A stretch of 45,388 nucleotides of DNA from Bacteroidales bacterium (GTDB lineage: Bacteria > Bacteroidota > Bacteroidia > Bacteroidales > WCHB1-69). Position 1 is the first letter of the stretch; each line of letters starts with the position of its first letter. Made by a program: the position numbers and the translations under genes. The stretch lies in NCBI GenBank assembly GCA_016282395.1, contig JAEEKL010000150.1, positions 1-45,388 of the forward strand, written 5' to 3'. A model generated the notes under the pieces. It searched no databases, was not told the DNA's origin, and was given only the letters and a program-made list of their open reading frames with translations. Shown here in pieces: positions 18,447 to 27,936 of this stretch.

Positions 18447-19667
18447 ATGAGACGAGTAGTTATCACAGGTATGGGTATTTATTCCTGTCTGGGCAAGAAT
18501 CTGGAAGAGGTGACCCAGTCGTTATATGCAGGCAAGTCGGGCATCGGCATTGACCCGATGCGCAAGGAGTACGGTTACCGTTCCGCCCTTACCGGCATCG
18601 TGGAGCGTCCCGTGCTGAAGGGCGTGTTGGACCGCCGGTCCAGAGTCTGTCTGGCCGAGGAAGGCGAATATGCCTACATGGCCACCGCCGAGGCCTTGCG
18701 CAAGGCAGGTGTGGAAATGGACTATCTGGAGAAGAACGAGGTGGGCGTGCTGTTCGGCAACGATTCCTCCGCTAAGGCAGTCATCGAGGCGCACACCACC
18801 GCCATGGAGTATAAAGACACCCAGATGATGGGTTCTGGTGCCATTTTCCAATCGATGAACTCCACCGTGACCATGAACTTGTCCACCATTTTCAAGTTGC
18901 GAGGCATCAACATGACCATCAGTGCGGCCTGCGCCAGCGGCTCACACGCCATCGGGTTAGGGCTCATGTTCATCCGTAACGGGCTACAAGACATGGTAAT
19001 ATGCGGCGGTGCACAGGAGACCCACTATCTCTCCATGGGTAGTTTCGACGGCATTGGAGCATTCTCCATCCGGGAGAACGAACCCACCAAGGCATCGCGC
19101 CCGTTCGACCGCGACCGCGACGGGCTTGTGCCCGGAGGCGGGGCTGCGGCGGTCATTCTGGAAGACTACGACCACGCCGTCATGAGAGGCGCACCTATCA
19201 TTGCCGAAGTGGCCGGCTATGGGTTTTCCTCCAACGGAGCAAACATCTCCCAACCCAGCGACCTGGGCTCCAGCATCGCTATGGAACGCGCCCTCAACGA
19301 TGCCGGCGTTTCCGCCCAAGACATCGACTACATCAACGCGCACGCCACCTCCACCTTGCAAGGCGACGCGTTCGAGGCCATGGCCCTCGACCATCTCTTC
19401 TCCCCTTACCGCACACCTGTCAGCTCCACAAAGTCCATGACAGGGCACGAGTGCTGGATGGCCGGCGCCAGCGAAATTGTCTATTCCAACCTCATGATGC
19501 TCAACAGCTTCATCGCCCCTAACCTCAACTTCGAGAACCCCGACGAATACTCCAAGAATTTGAACATCGTCCCCAAAACCATAGAAAAAAACATCAACCT
19601 GTATCTCTCCAACTCCTTCGGGTTCGGAGGCACCAACAGCGCATTAGTCATCAAGAAAATTTTATAA
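18447..19667 (+). CDS. Beta-ketoacyl-ACP synthase (FabB/F-type, stand-alone)
   Basis: Complete Cys-His-His set: 'SAACASGSHAIG', 'INAHATST', 'KSMTGHECWMAG'. Confidence 0.9.
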   Translation: MRRVVITGMGIYSCLGKNLEEVTQSLYAGKSGIGIDPMRKEYGYRSALTGIVERPVLKGVLDRRSRVCLAEEGEYAYMATAEALRKAGVEMDYLEKNEVGVLFGNDSSAKAVIEAHTTAMEYKDTQMMGSGAIFQSMNSTVTMNLSTIFKLRGINMTISAACASGSHAIGLGLMFIRNGLQDMVICGGAQETHYLSMGSFDGIGAFSIRENEPTKASRPFDRDRDGLVPGGGAAAVILEDYDHAVMRGAPIIAEVAGYGFSSNGANISQPSDLGSSIAMERALNDAGVSAQDIDYINAHATSTLQGDAFEAMALDHLFSPYRTPVSSTKSMTGHECWMAGASEIVYSNLMMLNSFIAPNLNFENPDEYSKNLNIVPKTIEKNINLYLSNSFGFGGTNSALVIKKIL

Positions 19668-19679
19668 TTCATATTTGAT

Positions 19680-19922
19680 ATGCAAAGAGAAGAAGTAATC
19701 AAAACTGTCAACCATTTTTTGGTAGAGGAAATAGAAATCGAAGAAGATTTGTTAAAAGAGGATGCTCTTTTGAAAGAGAATCTGGGCATCGACAGCTTGG
19801 ACTTCGTCGATATTGTGGTCATCGTGGAGAAAAATTTCGGATTCAAGATCAAGCCCGAAGAGATGAAAGAGGTGAAAACTCTTGGACAATTCTATGATTA
19901 TATCATGGGCAAAGTAAACTAA
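19680..19922 (+). CDS. Acyl carrier protein 1
   Basis: 80 aa with the phosphopantetheine site 'LGIDSLDFVDIV'. Confidence 0.9.
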   Translation: MQREEVIKTVNHFLVEEIEIEEDLLKEDALLKENLGIDSLDFVDIVVIVEKNFGFKIKPEEMKEVKTLGQFYDYIMGKVN

Positions 19923-19927
19923 AACCT

Positions 19928-20839
19928 ATGGCGGACGGCCGACAATGGCAAGGCAAGACTAAAGGCGGGAAATTCGGACAACGTTTCTTACTTTCTTTTC
20001 TGAAACGTTTCCGTGTCACGGCGTTGTACCCCTCGCTTCCATTCATCATCCCCTTCTGCCTTATCTTTGCCCGCAAGCCTAACCGGGCACTGTACCGCTA
20101 TTTTCACGACATCCACAGGTACGGCAGATGGCGTGCCCTGCGCTCCACCGCACGCAACGCATACAATTTCGGGAAAGTGGTGATTGACAAGTTCGCCATC
20201 TGGGCAGGCCGCAGCGACCAGTTCTCCGTTCGGGTGGAGCAACCGGAAATTCCTCAACGACTCTTCGAACAGGAAAAAGGAGTCTTGTTTGCGGGATCCC
20301 ACATCGGAAATTTCGAGCTGCTCGCCACCGCCTTCGAAAAAAATCCCAAGAAAATCAACGTCATCATTTACGGTGGGGAGAGCGAGATGCTCAACCAGCA
20401 AAGAACCTCCGTGTTTGGGGAGAACCATGTCAACCTCATCCCTGTCACGGCAGACATGTCGCACCTCTTCACCATCAAAAACGCTCTTGAGAACGGCGAG
20501 GTGGTGGCCATCCTGTGCGACCGCCTTTTCGGCAGCCCGAAAAAGAAAACCCTTGATTTTTTAGGGCATCCGGCTGACTTTCCCATCGGACCGTTCCGAC
20601 TGGCCGCACAAATGGACGTGCCCGTGCTTTCCGTTGCCGTGATGAAGGAGAAAGGACTGTGTTACTCTTGCCACACAACCTTGTTGAACGTGGAACCCAG
20701 CCTTACAACAAGCCAAAAATGCGACATCTTGATAGAACAATATGTGAAAAGCCTTGAAAATGTGCTCCTACAATACCCCGAGCAATGGTTCAACCTTTAT
20801 GATTTTTGGAATCTGGAAAATAATCACAACAGAAAATAA
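19928..20839 (+). CDS. LpxL/HtrB-family (lipid A late acyltransferase-like) acyltransferase
   Basis: 'FAGSHIGNFEL' (Hx4E-type motif) and 'YPEQWFNLYDFW' at the C-terminus, both typical of the family. Confidence 0.75.
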   Translation: MADGRQWQGKTKGGKFGQRFLLSFLKRFRVTALYPSLPFIIPFCLIFARKPNRALYRYFHDIHRYGRWRALRSTARNAYNFGKVVIDKFAIWAGRSDQFSVRVEQPEIPQRLFEQEKGVLFAGSHIGNFELLATAFEKNPKKINVIIYGGESEMLNQQRTSVFGENHVNLIPVTADMSHLFTIKNALENGEVVAILCDRLFGSPKKKTLDFLGHPADFPIGPFRLAAQMDVPVLSVAVMKEKGLCYSCHTTLLNVEPSLTTSQKCDILIEQYVKSLENVLLQYPEQWFNLYDFWNLENNHNRK

Positions 20840-20856
20840 CTCAAAATACAATCACT

Positions 20857-21945
20857 ATGAAATTAAAATCTCCGCAAAAGGAAATATACGCCAAAGAACA
20901 CCACTCTGCTTTACAAGCACAACGTTTAGCACAGGAGATCGCCTTTGGACCCATTGTGTTCCAAGTTTCACGACTGATGGTCAAGTTCGGCATTTTCGAG
21001 ATGTTGAACGAACACAAAGACGGCTTGACCATGACAGAAATCGCCAATGCCACAAAACTGTCGCTATACGGCACAAAAGTCCTGCTGGAATCTTCTTTGA
21101 CCATCGGCACTATCCTTCTGCATGACGATCGTTTCTTTCTCTCCAAGACCGGCTGGTTTCTGCTCAACGACGAGTCAGTACGCGTGAACATGGATTTCAA
21201 CCATGATGTGAACTATCTCGGCATGTTCCGTTTGGAGGAGTCATTGCTCAACGGCAAACCTGAAGGATTGAAAGTGTTCGGAGACTGGCCGACCGTGTAT
21301 GAAGGGTTGTCGAAACTGCCGCCGCAAGTGCAGAAAAGTTGGTTCGGCTTTGACCATTTCTATTCGGACAATTCTTTCGCGCAAGCATTGGAAATCGTGT
21401 TCAAGAATCATCCCAAGACACTGTTGGACGTTGGGGGCAACACTGGACGCTGGGCCATGCAGTGCGTGAAACACGATGCCGACGTACATGTCACCATCAT
21501 GGACCTGCCACAGCAGTTAGCCATGATGCGCGAGCAAACCAAAGGTCTGGAGGGAGCCGACAGGATCCATGGCCACGGTTGCAACCTGCTCGACCGTACC
21601 ATACCGTTCCCCACAGGGTTTGACGCCATTTGGATGAGCCAATTTTTGGATTGTTTCTCGGAGGAGGAGGTGACCAGCATTCTCACCCGTGCCGCCAAGT
21701 CCATGGACACACAGAGCAAACTGTACATCATGGAAACTTTTTGGGATCTCCAACGCTTCGAAACAGCCTCCTATTGTCTTGCTCAAACCAGCATCTATTT
21801 CACCGCCATCGCCAATGGCAACAGCAAAATGTACTATTCCGGCGACATGGCCCGCTGCGTGGAAGAGGCTGGGTTGAAAATTGATGTGCTACACGAAAAT
21901 CTGGGTGTCGGAGGGCATAGTATCATGGAATGTAGTGTTAAATAA
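20857..21945 (+). CDS. SAM-dependent O-methyltransferase (family 2-like, with an N-terminal dimerisation/wHTH region)
   Basis: SAM motif I 'LLDVGGNTGRWA', 362 aa. Confidence 0.8.
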   Translation: MKLKSPQKEIYAKEHHSALQAQRLAQEIAFGPIVFQVSRLMVKFGIFEMLNEHKDGLTMTEIANATKLSLYGTKVLLESSLTIGTILLHDDRFFLSKTGWFLLNDESVRVNMDFNHDVNYLGMFRLEESLLNGKPEGLKVFGDWPTVYEGLSKLPPQVQKSWFGFDHFYSDNSFAQALEIVFKNHPKTLLDVGGNTGRWAMQCVKHDADVHVTIMDLPQQLAMMREQTKGLEGADRIHGHGCNLLDRTIPFPTGFDAIWMSQFLDCFSEEEVTSILTRAAKSMDTQSKLYIMETFWDLQRFETASYCLAQTSIYFTAIANGNSKMYYSGDMARCVEEAGLKIDVLHENLGVGGHSIMECSVK

Positions 21946-21953
21946 TCGCCCTC

Positions 21954-22370
21954 ATGTTTCCTACACCTGCACTTCCATACATCCCTCAACGTCCACCATT
22001 TGTACTGGTTGACAATCTGTTATCTTGCAACGAGGAAGAGGTTGTGACCGACTTTCACATCCCGCCGGATCACATTTTGGTGGAAAACGGCTATTTGTCA
22101 GAAGCGGGCCTGATCGAAAACGTCGCGCAAACCTGTGCCGCCCGCATCGGATGGGTTAACCGCAACAAACCTATCCCCATTGGCGTGATTGGAGCCGTCA
22201 ACAACTTCGAACACACGACCCTCCCAGCGGCTGGCGAAACCATAACAACTACCGTCACTGTCATTTCCGCCGTTTTTGAAGCCCTCGTTGTTCATGCGGA
22301 AACCCAATGCAACGGGCAACCCGTCGCACATTGCGACATGAAGGTCTTTGTTCGGACAACTAACAGTTAA
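21954..22370 (+). CDS. Hotdog-fold dehydratase-like protein (ApeP-like)
   Basis: 'LPYIPQRPPFVLVD' N-terminus, shared with the paralogue at 27088. 138 aa. Confidence 0.7.
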   Translation: MFPTPALPYIPQRPPFVLVDNLLSCNEEEVVTDFHIPPDHILVENGYLSEAGLIENVAQTCAARIGWVNRNKPIPIGVIGAVNNFEHTTLPAAGETITTTVTVISAVFEALVVHAETQCNGQPVAHCDMKVFVRTTNS

Positions 22371-22380
22371 AACGTAAAAA

Positions 22381-22818
22381 ATGGCAGACAAAATATTGCA
22401 AGTTGAGAAAGAGGTGGATGTCCGTTTCAGCGAAGTGGATTCCATGGGGTTTGTATGGCATGGTAACTACGCCTTATATTTTGAAGATGCCAGAGAACTC
22501 TTCGGGCAGACCTATCAGCTTGAATATCTCCGCATGTACGAGTTAGGAGTTTACGCGCCGCTGGTGGAATTAAAATTCAACTACAAGAAAGCCGTACACT
22601 ACCAAAGCAGAATAAAAGTCAAATGCACCTATCGGAACACAGATTCCGCCAAAATCGTGTTCGACTACGAAATCCGCGATGCGAAAACCGATGAAATAAT
22701 GGTAACCGGCCACACCGTGCAGGTGTTCCTTGACCGCAATTACAACCTGATCTGGCAAGTACCTGATTTCTATAAAGATATAAAGAGTGGAAGAGCATCA
22801 ACGGGATTCTCTAATTAG
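22381..22818 (+). CDS. 4-hydroxybenzoyl-CoA thioesterase/YbgC-family acyl thioesterase (ApeK-like)
   Basis: 'VRFSEVDSMGFVWHGNYALYFEDAR', a hotdog thioesterase signature. Confidence 0.8.
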   Translation: MADKILQVEKEVDVRFSEVDSMGFVWHGNYALYFEDARELFGQTYQLEYLRMYELGVYAPLVELKFNYKKAVHYQSRIKVKCTYRNTDSAKIVFDYEIRDAKTDEIMVTGHTVQVFLDRNYNLIWQVPDFYKDIKSGRASTGFSN

Positions 22819-22857
22819 AGCCATACCTTCCACTTGTCGAACTTACTGCTTTTTTTG

Positions 22858-22865
22858 TATATTTG
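22858..22865 (+). promoter_or_regulatory. Internal -7 box TAtaTTTG upstream of the second ketosynthase
   Basis: Exact TAnnTTTG match in the 65-nt gap after the thioesterase gene. Confidence 0.45.
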
Positions 22866-22904
22866 CGCCTTATTCTAAAATAGGTGGTTTATACACGTAA
22901 GTAT

Positions 22905-24680
22905 ATGATTTACAGCATTGGAGACAGCATCATTTCCCCTCTTGCCATGACCAGTCGTGGTAATTTTGAGGCAGTGCTTCGCGGAGAAAGCCGTCTTCAA
23001 TATTATGAGCATGCTTTCGGCCTGCCGGAGCCCTGTTTTATTTCACTCTTTGAAGAGGAACGTCTCAACAATACGTTCAGTGCCTTGGTTGATTTTGGCA
23101 TCGAGGGATACACCAAGATGGAGAAAGCCGCCATAGTCGCCGCCAGCCAAGCCATCGAAGAGGCCAACATCGCCGCAGACCGCGACAATGTCATCTTCAT
23201 CCTCTCCACCACCAAAGGGAACGTCGATTTGCTGGAGCACAACCCTTACGAGCCCGAGCGACCCTACCTGTGGCGTTCCGCGCAGATTATCGCGGAGTTT
23301 TTCGACAACCCCAACACCCCGATCGTGGTCAGCAACGCCTGCATTTCCGGATGTGCCGCACAGATAGCCGCCGCCAACCAACTCCGTTTTGGTGGCTACA
23401 AGTATGCTGTGGTCATCGGCGCAGAGACACTCTCCAAGTTCATCATTTCCGGATTCCAGTCGTTCAAAGCCCTTTCCAAGGAGCGTTGCATGCCTTTTGA
23501 TGCCAACCGAAAGGGGCTCAATTTAGGGGAGGCTGCCGCCGCCATCGTCTATACCATCGGCGACGAAAGTACCACCCTGCCCGACGACACGTTGATTCTA
23601 CGCGCCGGGGCCATCAACAATGATGCGAACCACATTTCCGGACCGTCACGCACGGGCGAGGGACTGTTGCGCGCCATCAACAGGGTGCTGCAAGGCCATG
23701 ACCCTGCGCAAATCGCCTTCCTAAATGCACATGGCACCGCCACCCCATATAACGACGACATGGAATCGGTGGCCATCACCCGCGCCAATCTCCAAGACAC
23801 GCCCGTCAACAGTCTGAAAGGTTATTTCGGACATACACTGGGCGCCGCCGGCGTGCTGGAAACCATCATGGCCCACCAGGCCGTCAAAAACCATACGGTT
23901 ATCGGCACGTTGGGCACCGTCAACCCGGGCACGGCCAACAAGGTCAATGTCACCTTGCAAAACCAACCGACAAACGGCAATGCATTCATGAAACTGATTT
24001 CCGGTTTCGGTGGCAGCAACGCCGCGTTATTGTTGGAAAACAGCAATAAATCTACCATACCCGCCGTAGAGACGCATAATTATGCGTCTCTACAACCACA
24101 ATCGACGAGACGTGCGAGTCTCTCATGTGTTTCCTCATGCCACATCACCAACGACAACGTCACGGTGAACGGGGAGACCCTGATCACCCGCAAGGAGCAA
24201 TGCGGGAACTGGTTGTCGGACATCTACCATGCCATCGGAATGCAATACCCCAAATTTTTCAAGATGGACAACCTGTGCAAGGCCGGCACGCTTGCGGCGG
24301 AAATCCTGCTACGCAATGTGGACTTTGACCGCGAAGCCGTCAAACCCGACTGGGCGGTGGTGCTGATGAACAGTGCTTCATCGTTAGACGACGACCGCCA
24401 CTACCAGACCACCATCCAAGACGCGGACAACTACTATCCAAGCCCTGCGGTGTTCGTCTATACCTTGGCCAACATCGTCACCGGAGAGATTGCCATCCGC
24501 CACAAACTCGGCGGGGAGAGTTCCTTTTACGTGTTCACGACTTTTTCTGAAGAATCAGTACAACAAATTGTACGTCAAACCTTTGATGCCAATCCAGAGT
24601 TCACTCACATCCTCTGCGGATGGGTGGATTACGATGCGGGGAATTGTGATGTGCGGATGAGGCTTTATAAGGTTGGATGA
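22905..24680 (+). CDS. Ketosynthase fused to a ~185-aa C-terminal accessory domain, with a palindromic element in the linker
   Basis: KS triad 'SNACISGCAAQ', 'LNAHGTATPYND', 'GYFGHTLGAAG'. The KS ends at 'GFGGSNAALLLEN'. The C-terminal part begins around 24125. I preferred ATG 22905 (MIYSIGD) over GTG 22884. Confidence 0.85.
   Translation: MIYSIGDSIISPLAMTSRGNFEAVLRGESRLQYYEHAFGLPEPCFISLFEEERLNNTFSALVDFGIEGYTKMEKAAIVAASQAIEEANIAADRDNVIFILSTTKGNVDLLEHNPYEPERPYLWRSAQIIAEFFDNPNTPIVVSNACISGCAAQIAAANQLRFGGYKYAVVIGAETLSKFIISGFQSFKALSKERCMPFDANRKGLNLGEAAAAIVYTIGDESTTLPDDTLILRAGAINNDANHISGPSRTGEGLLRAINRVLQGHDPAQIAFLNAHGTATPYNDDMESVAITRANLQDTPVNSLKGYFGHTLGAAGVLETIMAHQAVKNHTVIGTLGTVNPGTANKVNVTLQNQPTNGNAFMKLISGFGGSNAALLLENSNKSTIPAVETHNYASLQPQSTRRASLSCVSSCHITNDNVTVNGETLITRKEQCGNWLSDIYHAIGMQYPKFFKMDNLCKAGTLAAEILLRNVDFDREAVKPDWAVVLMNSASSLDDDRHYQTTIQDADNYYPSPAVFVYTLANIVTGEIAIRHKLGGESSFYVFTTFSEESVQQIVRQTFDANPEFTHILCGWVDYDAGNCDVRMRLYKVG
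24066..24093. repeat. Perfect 28-bp palindrome gtagagacgcataattatgcgtctctac (palindromic element, copy 3), in-frame inside a CDS
   Basis: Perfect self-complementarity. It translates as 'VETHNYASLQ'. A second small inverted repeat, gagac-N6-gtctc, lies at 24107-24122. Confidence 0.85.
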
Positions 24681-24763
24681 GGAGAGGAGATGAAATAGAG
24701 ATGCGGCTAAACAATCCTGATTATGAATTAAAATCGAAAATATATTGCAAAAAATTTAAGAAT

Positions 24764-25021
24764 ATGGACGAATTGATTTTAGAACTGAAAAAAGAAATTA
24801 TCGAAGTGTTGAATCTGGAGGGAATGACCCCTGCTGACATTGACGAGAACGCACCCTTGTTCGGCGAAGGTCTCGGACTGGATTCCATCGACGCTCTGGA
24901 ACTGATAGTGCTGATGGAGAAGAACTACGGCATCAAATTGGCCAACGCCGATGAAGGCAAGGAGATCTTCAAATCCGTCAAGGTGATGGCTGAATACATC
25001 AAAGAGCATCGGACAAAATAG
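24764..25021 (+). CDS. Acyl carrier protein 2
   Basis: 'LGLDSIDALELIVLMEKNYG'. I chose ATG 24764 (MDELILELKK) to give the usual ACP length of 85 aa. Confidence 0.85.
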   Translation: MDELILELKKEIIEVLNLEGMTPADIDENAPLFGEGLGLDSIDALELIVLMEKNYGIKLANADEGKEIFKSVKVMAEYIKEHRTK

Positions 25022-25050
25022 TTTTTTCCGCACGCATCAGCTGTCAACTC

Positions 25051-25797
25051 ATGGAGTCCGTCCTTCAGATCAGGCAACTGGTCAAGCGATACCACGGCAT
25101 GGATCATCCCGTACTCCAGGGGTTGGATATGACCATACTTCCTGGCGAGCGGTACGGATTTCTCGGACCTAACGGCACCGGCAAAACCACCACTGTGAGC
25201 ATCTTGTCGGGCCTTTTAGTTCCGGATTCCGGGGAGGTGTTTGTCTTGGGCAACAGCATGCCAGACAAACGCAAGCAGGTCACCACACAAATCGGAGTGG
25301 TGCCGCAAAACATTGCCCTCTTCCCCGAACTCACCGCGCTGGAGAACCTCCGTATCTTCGGTTCCCTGTACCCGATAACCTCCGCCCGCCTGAAGCAGCG
25401 CATCCACCAGCTTTTAGAGCTGTACGGTCTTACCGCTTTCGCCCGGAAACCCGTCAAGACGTTTTCCGGCGGCATGAAACGGAGCCTCAACATCATCGCC
25501 GGCATCCTGCACGAGCCGAAGTTCCTGCTGTTAGACGAGCCTACAGTGGGCATTGACGTGCAGACCAAAGCGCTTATTTTAGACAATCTCCGGCAGCTCA
25601 ACGAAGAGGGTACTACCATCTTGTACACCTCCCACGATATGGACGAGGCACAACACTTCTGCACCCGCGTTGGCATCATCGACCACGGGAAGCTGATTGC
25701 GGAAGACACTCCCGCCGCCCTGATCCAGTCTTGTCCGGACTGTAGCAATTTGGAGTCCGTTTATCTGCATCTCACAGGAAAATCCTTACGAAATTAG
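25051..25797 (+). CDS. ABC transporter ATP-binding protein
   Basis: Walker A 'GPNGTGKTT', signature 'FSGGMKRSL', Walker B 'LLLDEPT'. Confidence 0.92.
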   Translation: MESVLQIRQLVKRYHGMDHPVLQGLDMTILPGERYGFLGPNGTGKTTTVSILSGLLVPDSGEVFVLGNSMPDKRKQVTTQIGVVPQNIALFPELTALENLRIFGSLYPITSARLKQRIHQLLELYGLTAFARKPVKTFSGGMKRSLNIIAGILHEPKFLLLDEPTVGIDVQTKALILDNLRQLNEEGTTILYTSHDMDEAQHFCTRVGIIDHGKLIAEDTPAALIQSCPDCSNLESVYLHLTGKSLRN

Positions 25798-25801
25798 CAC
25801 C

Positions 25802-27091
25802 ATGTCCAAATTCACAGCCCTACTTTATAAAGATTTTCTGCTGCTACTCCGTGACAAAGCGGGGCTGCTTTTCATGTTCCTGATGCCCATGGCATTGGTG
25901 CTGGTGATGACCGGCATGCAGGAAGGCGCGTTCAGCAGCCATGCGGACAAACACATCGCCCTGATCATCGACGACCAGGACAAGGACACGGTGGGCGTGA
26001 CCATCACCCGGAAACTGCAACAGGAGAGTCTTTTCGACGTGACCGTGGCCAACGACGCAGAGAAAGGGATGACAGAGGAACGACTGAAAGAGCTGGTGAC
26101 ACAGGGCAAATACCTTATCGGCATCTACATTCCTGACAGCACCACACTTCGCATCCGTGACAATGCCGCCAACGCTATCGAAGACGCCCTCCCCCACCCT
26201 CAAAACGACGATTCAACCGACAGCACAGACACCGTAACGGAAACGCAAATCCGCATCTACATCGACCCCACCACGGAGCGCTCGTTCCGCCAAATACTTT
26301 CGGGCCACATACGGCTGGCCTCTTTGCAGGTGGAACACGACATCATCTTGGACGAAATCTCCAGTGCCCTGTGCAAGGCCACCCGGCAGGAAGAGGGCTC
26401 TGTTGATCTGTCGGACACCCAAAACATTGACTTACAGGAAATCATCGCTGGCGACGACACGCAAAACAGCATGTTCAACGCTGCCGTCCACAATGTACCG
26501 GCCTGGACGCTGTTCGCCATTTTCTTCATCGTCATCTCCTTTTCAGGAAATCTCATCAAAGAAAGACAGGACGGCAGTTTCGCACGTCTGATGACCACTC
26601 CCTGTTCCTACTTCATCTATCTGACCAGCAAGCTGGCCGTCTATCTAACCGTTTGCCTGCTGCAATTCTTCCTGATTGTCGCCATGGGCATCTGGCTGTT
26701 CCCCGTTGTCGGGTTGCCGGAGTTCTCCATGGCCGGGCATTTGGGATATTGCTTGATTGTGGTCGTCTGCGCCGCTTTGGCCGCCATCGGTTTCGGCATG
26801 ATAATCAGCACATTTGCCACCACACACCAGCAGGCTGCCACCTTCGGGGCCGTGGCCGTCGTCATCCTCTCCGCCATCGGCGGCATCTGGGTGCCCACCT
26901 TCCTGATGCCTAAATTCCTGAATGCCCTCAGCAAGGTTTCCCCGCTGAACTGGGGCATTGAGGCATTTTATGACATCCTCCTCCGAGGGAAAGGTCCACA
27001 AGCCTTCATGCCTAAATGTGCATTGCTGTTGACCTTTGCCTTAATTTGTTTCACAATCGCTGTTTTATCCAAGAAAAAAGAGCTCAAATGA
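25802..27091 (+). CDS. ABC-2 type transporter permease
   Basis: An N-terminal TM segment, a large extracytoplasmic loop, and a C-terminal bundle of about 5 TM segments. It lies 4 nt after the ATPase gene. Confidence 0.85.
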   Translation: MSKFTALLYKDFLLLLRDKAGLLFMFLMPMALVLVMTGMQEGAFSSHADKHIALIIDDQDKDTVGVTITRKLQQESLFDVTVANDAEKGMTEERLKELVTQGKYLIGIYIPDSTTLRIRDNAANAIEDALPHPQNDDSTDSTDTVTETQIRIYIDPTTERSFRQILSGHIRLASLQVEHDIILDEISSALCKATRQEEGSVDLSDTQNIDLQEIIAGDDTQNSMFNAAVHNVPAWTLFAIFFIVISFSGNLIKERQDGSFARLMTTPCSYFIYLTSKLAVYLTVCLLQFFLIVAMGIWLFPVVGLPEFSMAGHLGYCLIVVVCAALAAIGFGMIISTFATTHQQAATFGAVAVVILSAIGGIWVPTFLMPKFLNALSKVSPLNWGIEAFYDILLRGKGPQAFMPKCALLLTFALICFTIAVLSKKKELK

Positions 27092-27540
27092 ACCTCATAC
27101 CCGACCAGCCCATCCTGACTGGAGACCAGATTCTCCCGTACATTCCCCAACGTCCGCCCATGGTGTTTGTGGACACTTTTTATGGGTTGATTGACAACGC
27201 TCTATACTCCTCTCTGCTCGTCACGCCCGACATGGTGTTTGTGGAAGACGGCAAATTACTGGATATCGGGCTGATCGAGTTCCTCACCCAGTCGGGATAT
27301 GTATGGTTCTCCTACCGCGAGAAAGTCATCTTGCAAAAAGGCGACCTGGAAATCACCAAAGGGTACCTTTGCAAAATCAAAAATGTCCATGTATCCGATA
27401 CACCGTCTATCGGAACACGCATCTACTCAAGAATGGATGTTATCTTTTTTTCTTCCTCCTTCAGTACCATCCACATGACCGCCTACACGGAGGACGGCAC
27501 GCTGGCGGAAGGCGATTTTGATGTAATTTCTTTAAATTGA
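27088..27540 (+). CDS. Hotdog-fold dehydratase-like protein (paralogue of 21954..22370)
   Basis: 'ILPYIPQRPPMVFVD'. The ATG overlaps the permease stop (ATGA). The ORF-track start at 27016 lies inside the permease gene. Confidence 0.65.
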   Translation: MNLIPDQPILTGDQILPYIPQRPPMVFVDTFYGLIDNALYSSLLVTPDMVFVEDGKLLDIGLIEFLTQSGYVWFSYREKVILQKGDLEITKGYLCKIKNVHVSDTPSIGTRIYSRMDVIFFSSSFSTIHMTAYTEDGTLAEGDFDVISLN

Positions 27541-27543
27541 CCT

Positions 27544-27936
27544 ATGCTGCTAAAAGACGACCTGTATCAAATCATAGATTCTGAAAAATCAGAAGATTCC
27601 AGCACCTACACCCTGCTGATTTCCGAGACTTCCCCTCTATTCAAGGGGCATTTCCCGGGAAATCCCGTATTGCCTGGTGTATGCATCTTACAGATATTCA
27701 AAGAACTGGCTGAAACAGATCTGGCAATTGAACAGCCTATCATGTATGATGAAATCAAGCATTGCAAATTTCACCTACCCATTGCCATGAACAAGCCCTT
27801 CAAAGCCAAAGTCTCCCTCTCTTTGAAACAGGACGGGAATTTCTGGAATCTGTCCGCCTCCTTGAAAAACGACGCGGCCATTTTCACCACCTTAAAAGCA
27901 GTTCTTACAACCATAAAACAAGACATCCATGATTGA
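27544..27936 (+). CDS. FabA/FabZ-like 3-hydroxyacyl-ACP dehydratase
   Basis: 'FKGHFPGNPVLPGVCILQ', a catalytic His motif. Confidence 0.8.
   Translation: MLLKDDLYQIIDSEKSEDSSTYTLLISETSPLFKGHFPGNPVLPGVCILQIFKELAETDLAIEQPIMYDEIKHCKFHLPIAMNKPFKAKVSLSLKQDGNFWNLSASLKNDAAIFTTLKAVLTTIKQDIHD

Noticed and set aside
24125-24680. The C-terminal domain of the KS2 fusion as a DarA-type dialkylresorcinol aromatase.
   Set aside because: I cannot support this from the sequence alone. No DarB/FabH-like partner is present, and the domain fits better as a small KS-associated accessory domain. An HMM or structural comparison is needed.
24677-24763. An N-terminal extension of ACP2 (track start 24677), and likewise 27016 for the hotdog gene, 2094 for hpt and 10146 for the antitoxin.
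   Set aside because: The extensions overlap upstream genes or putative -7 boxes and would give atypical lengths. Internal ATGs give canonical N-termini.
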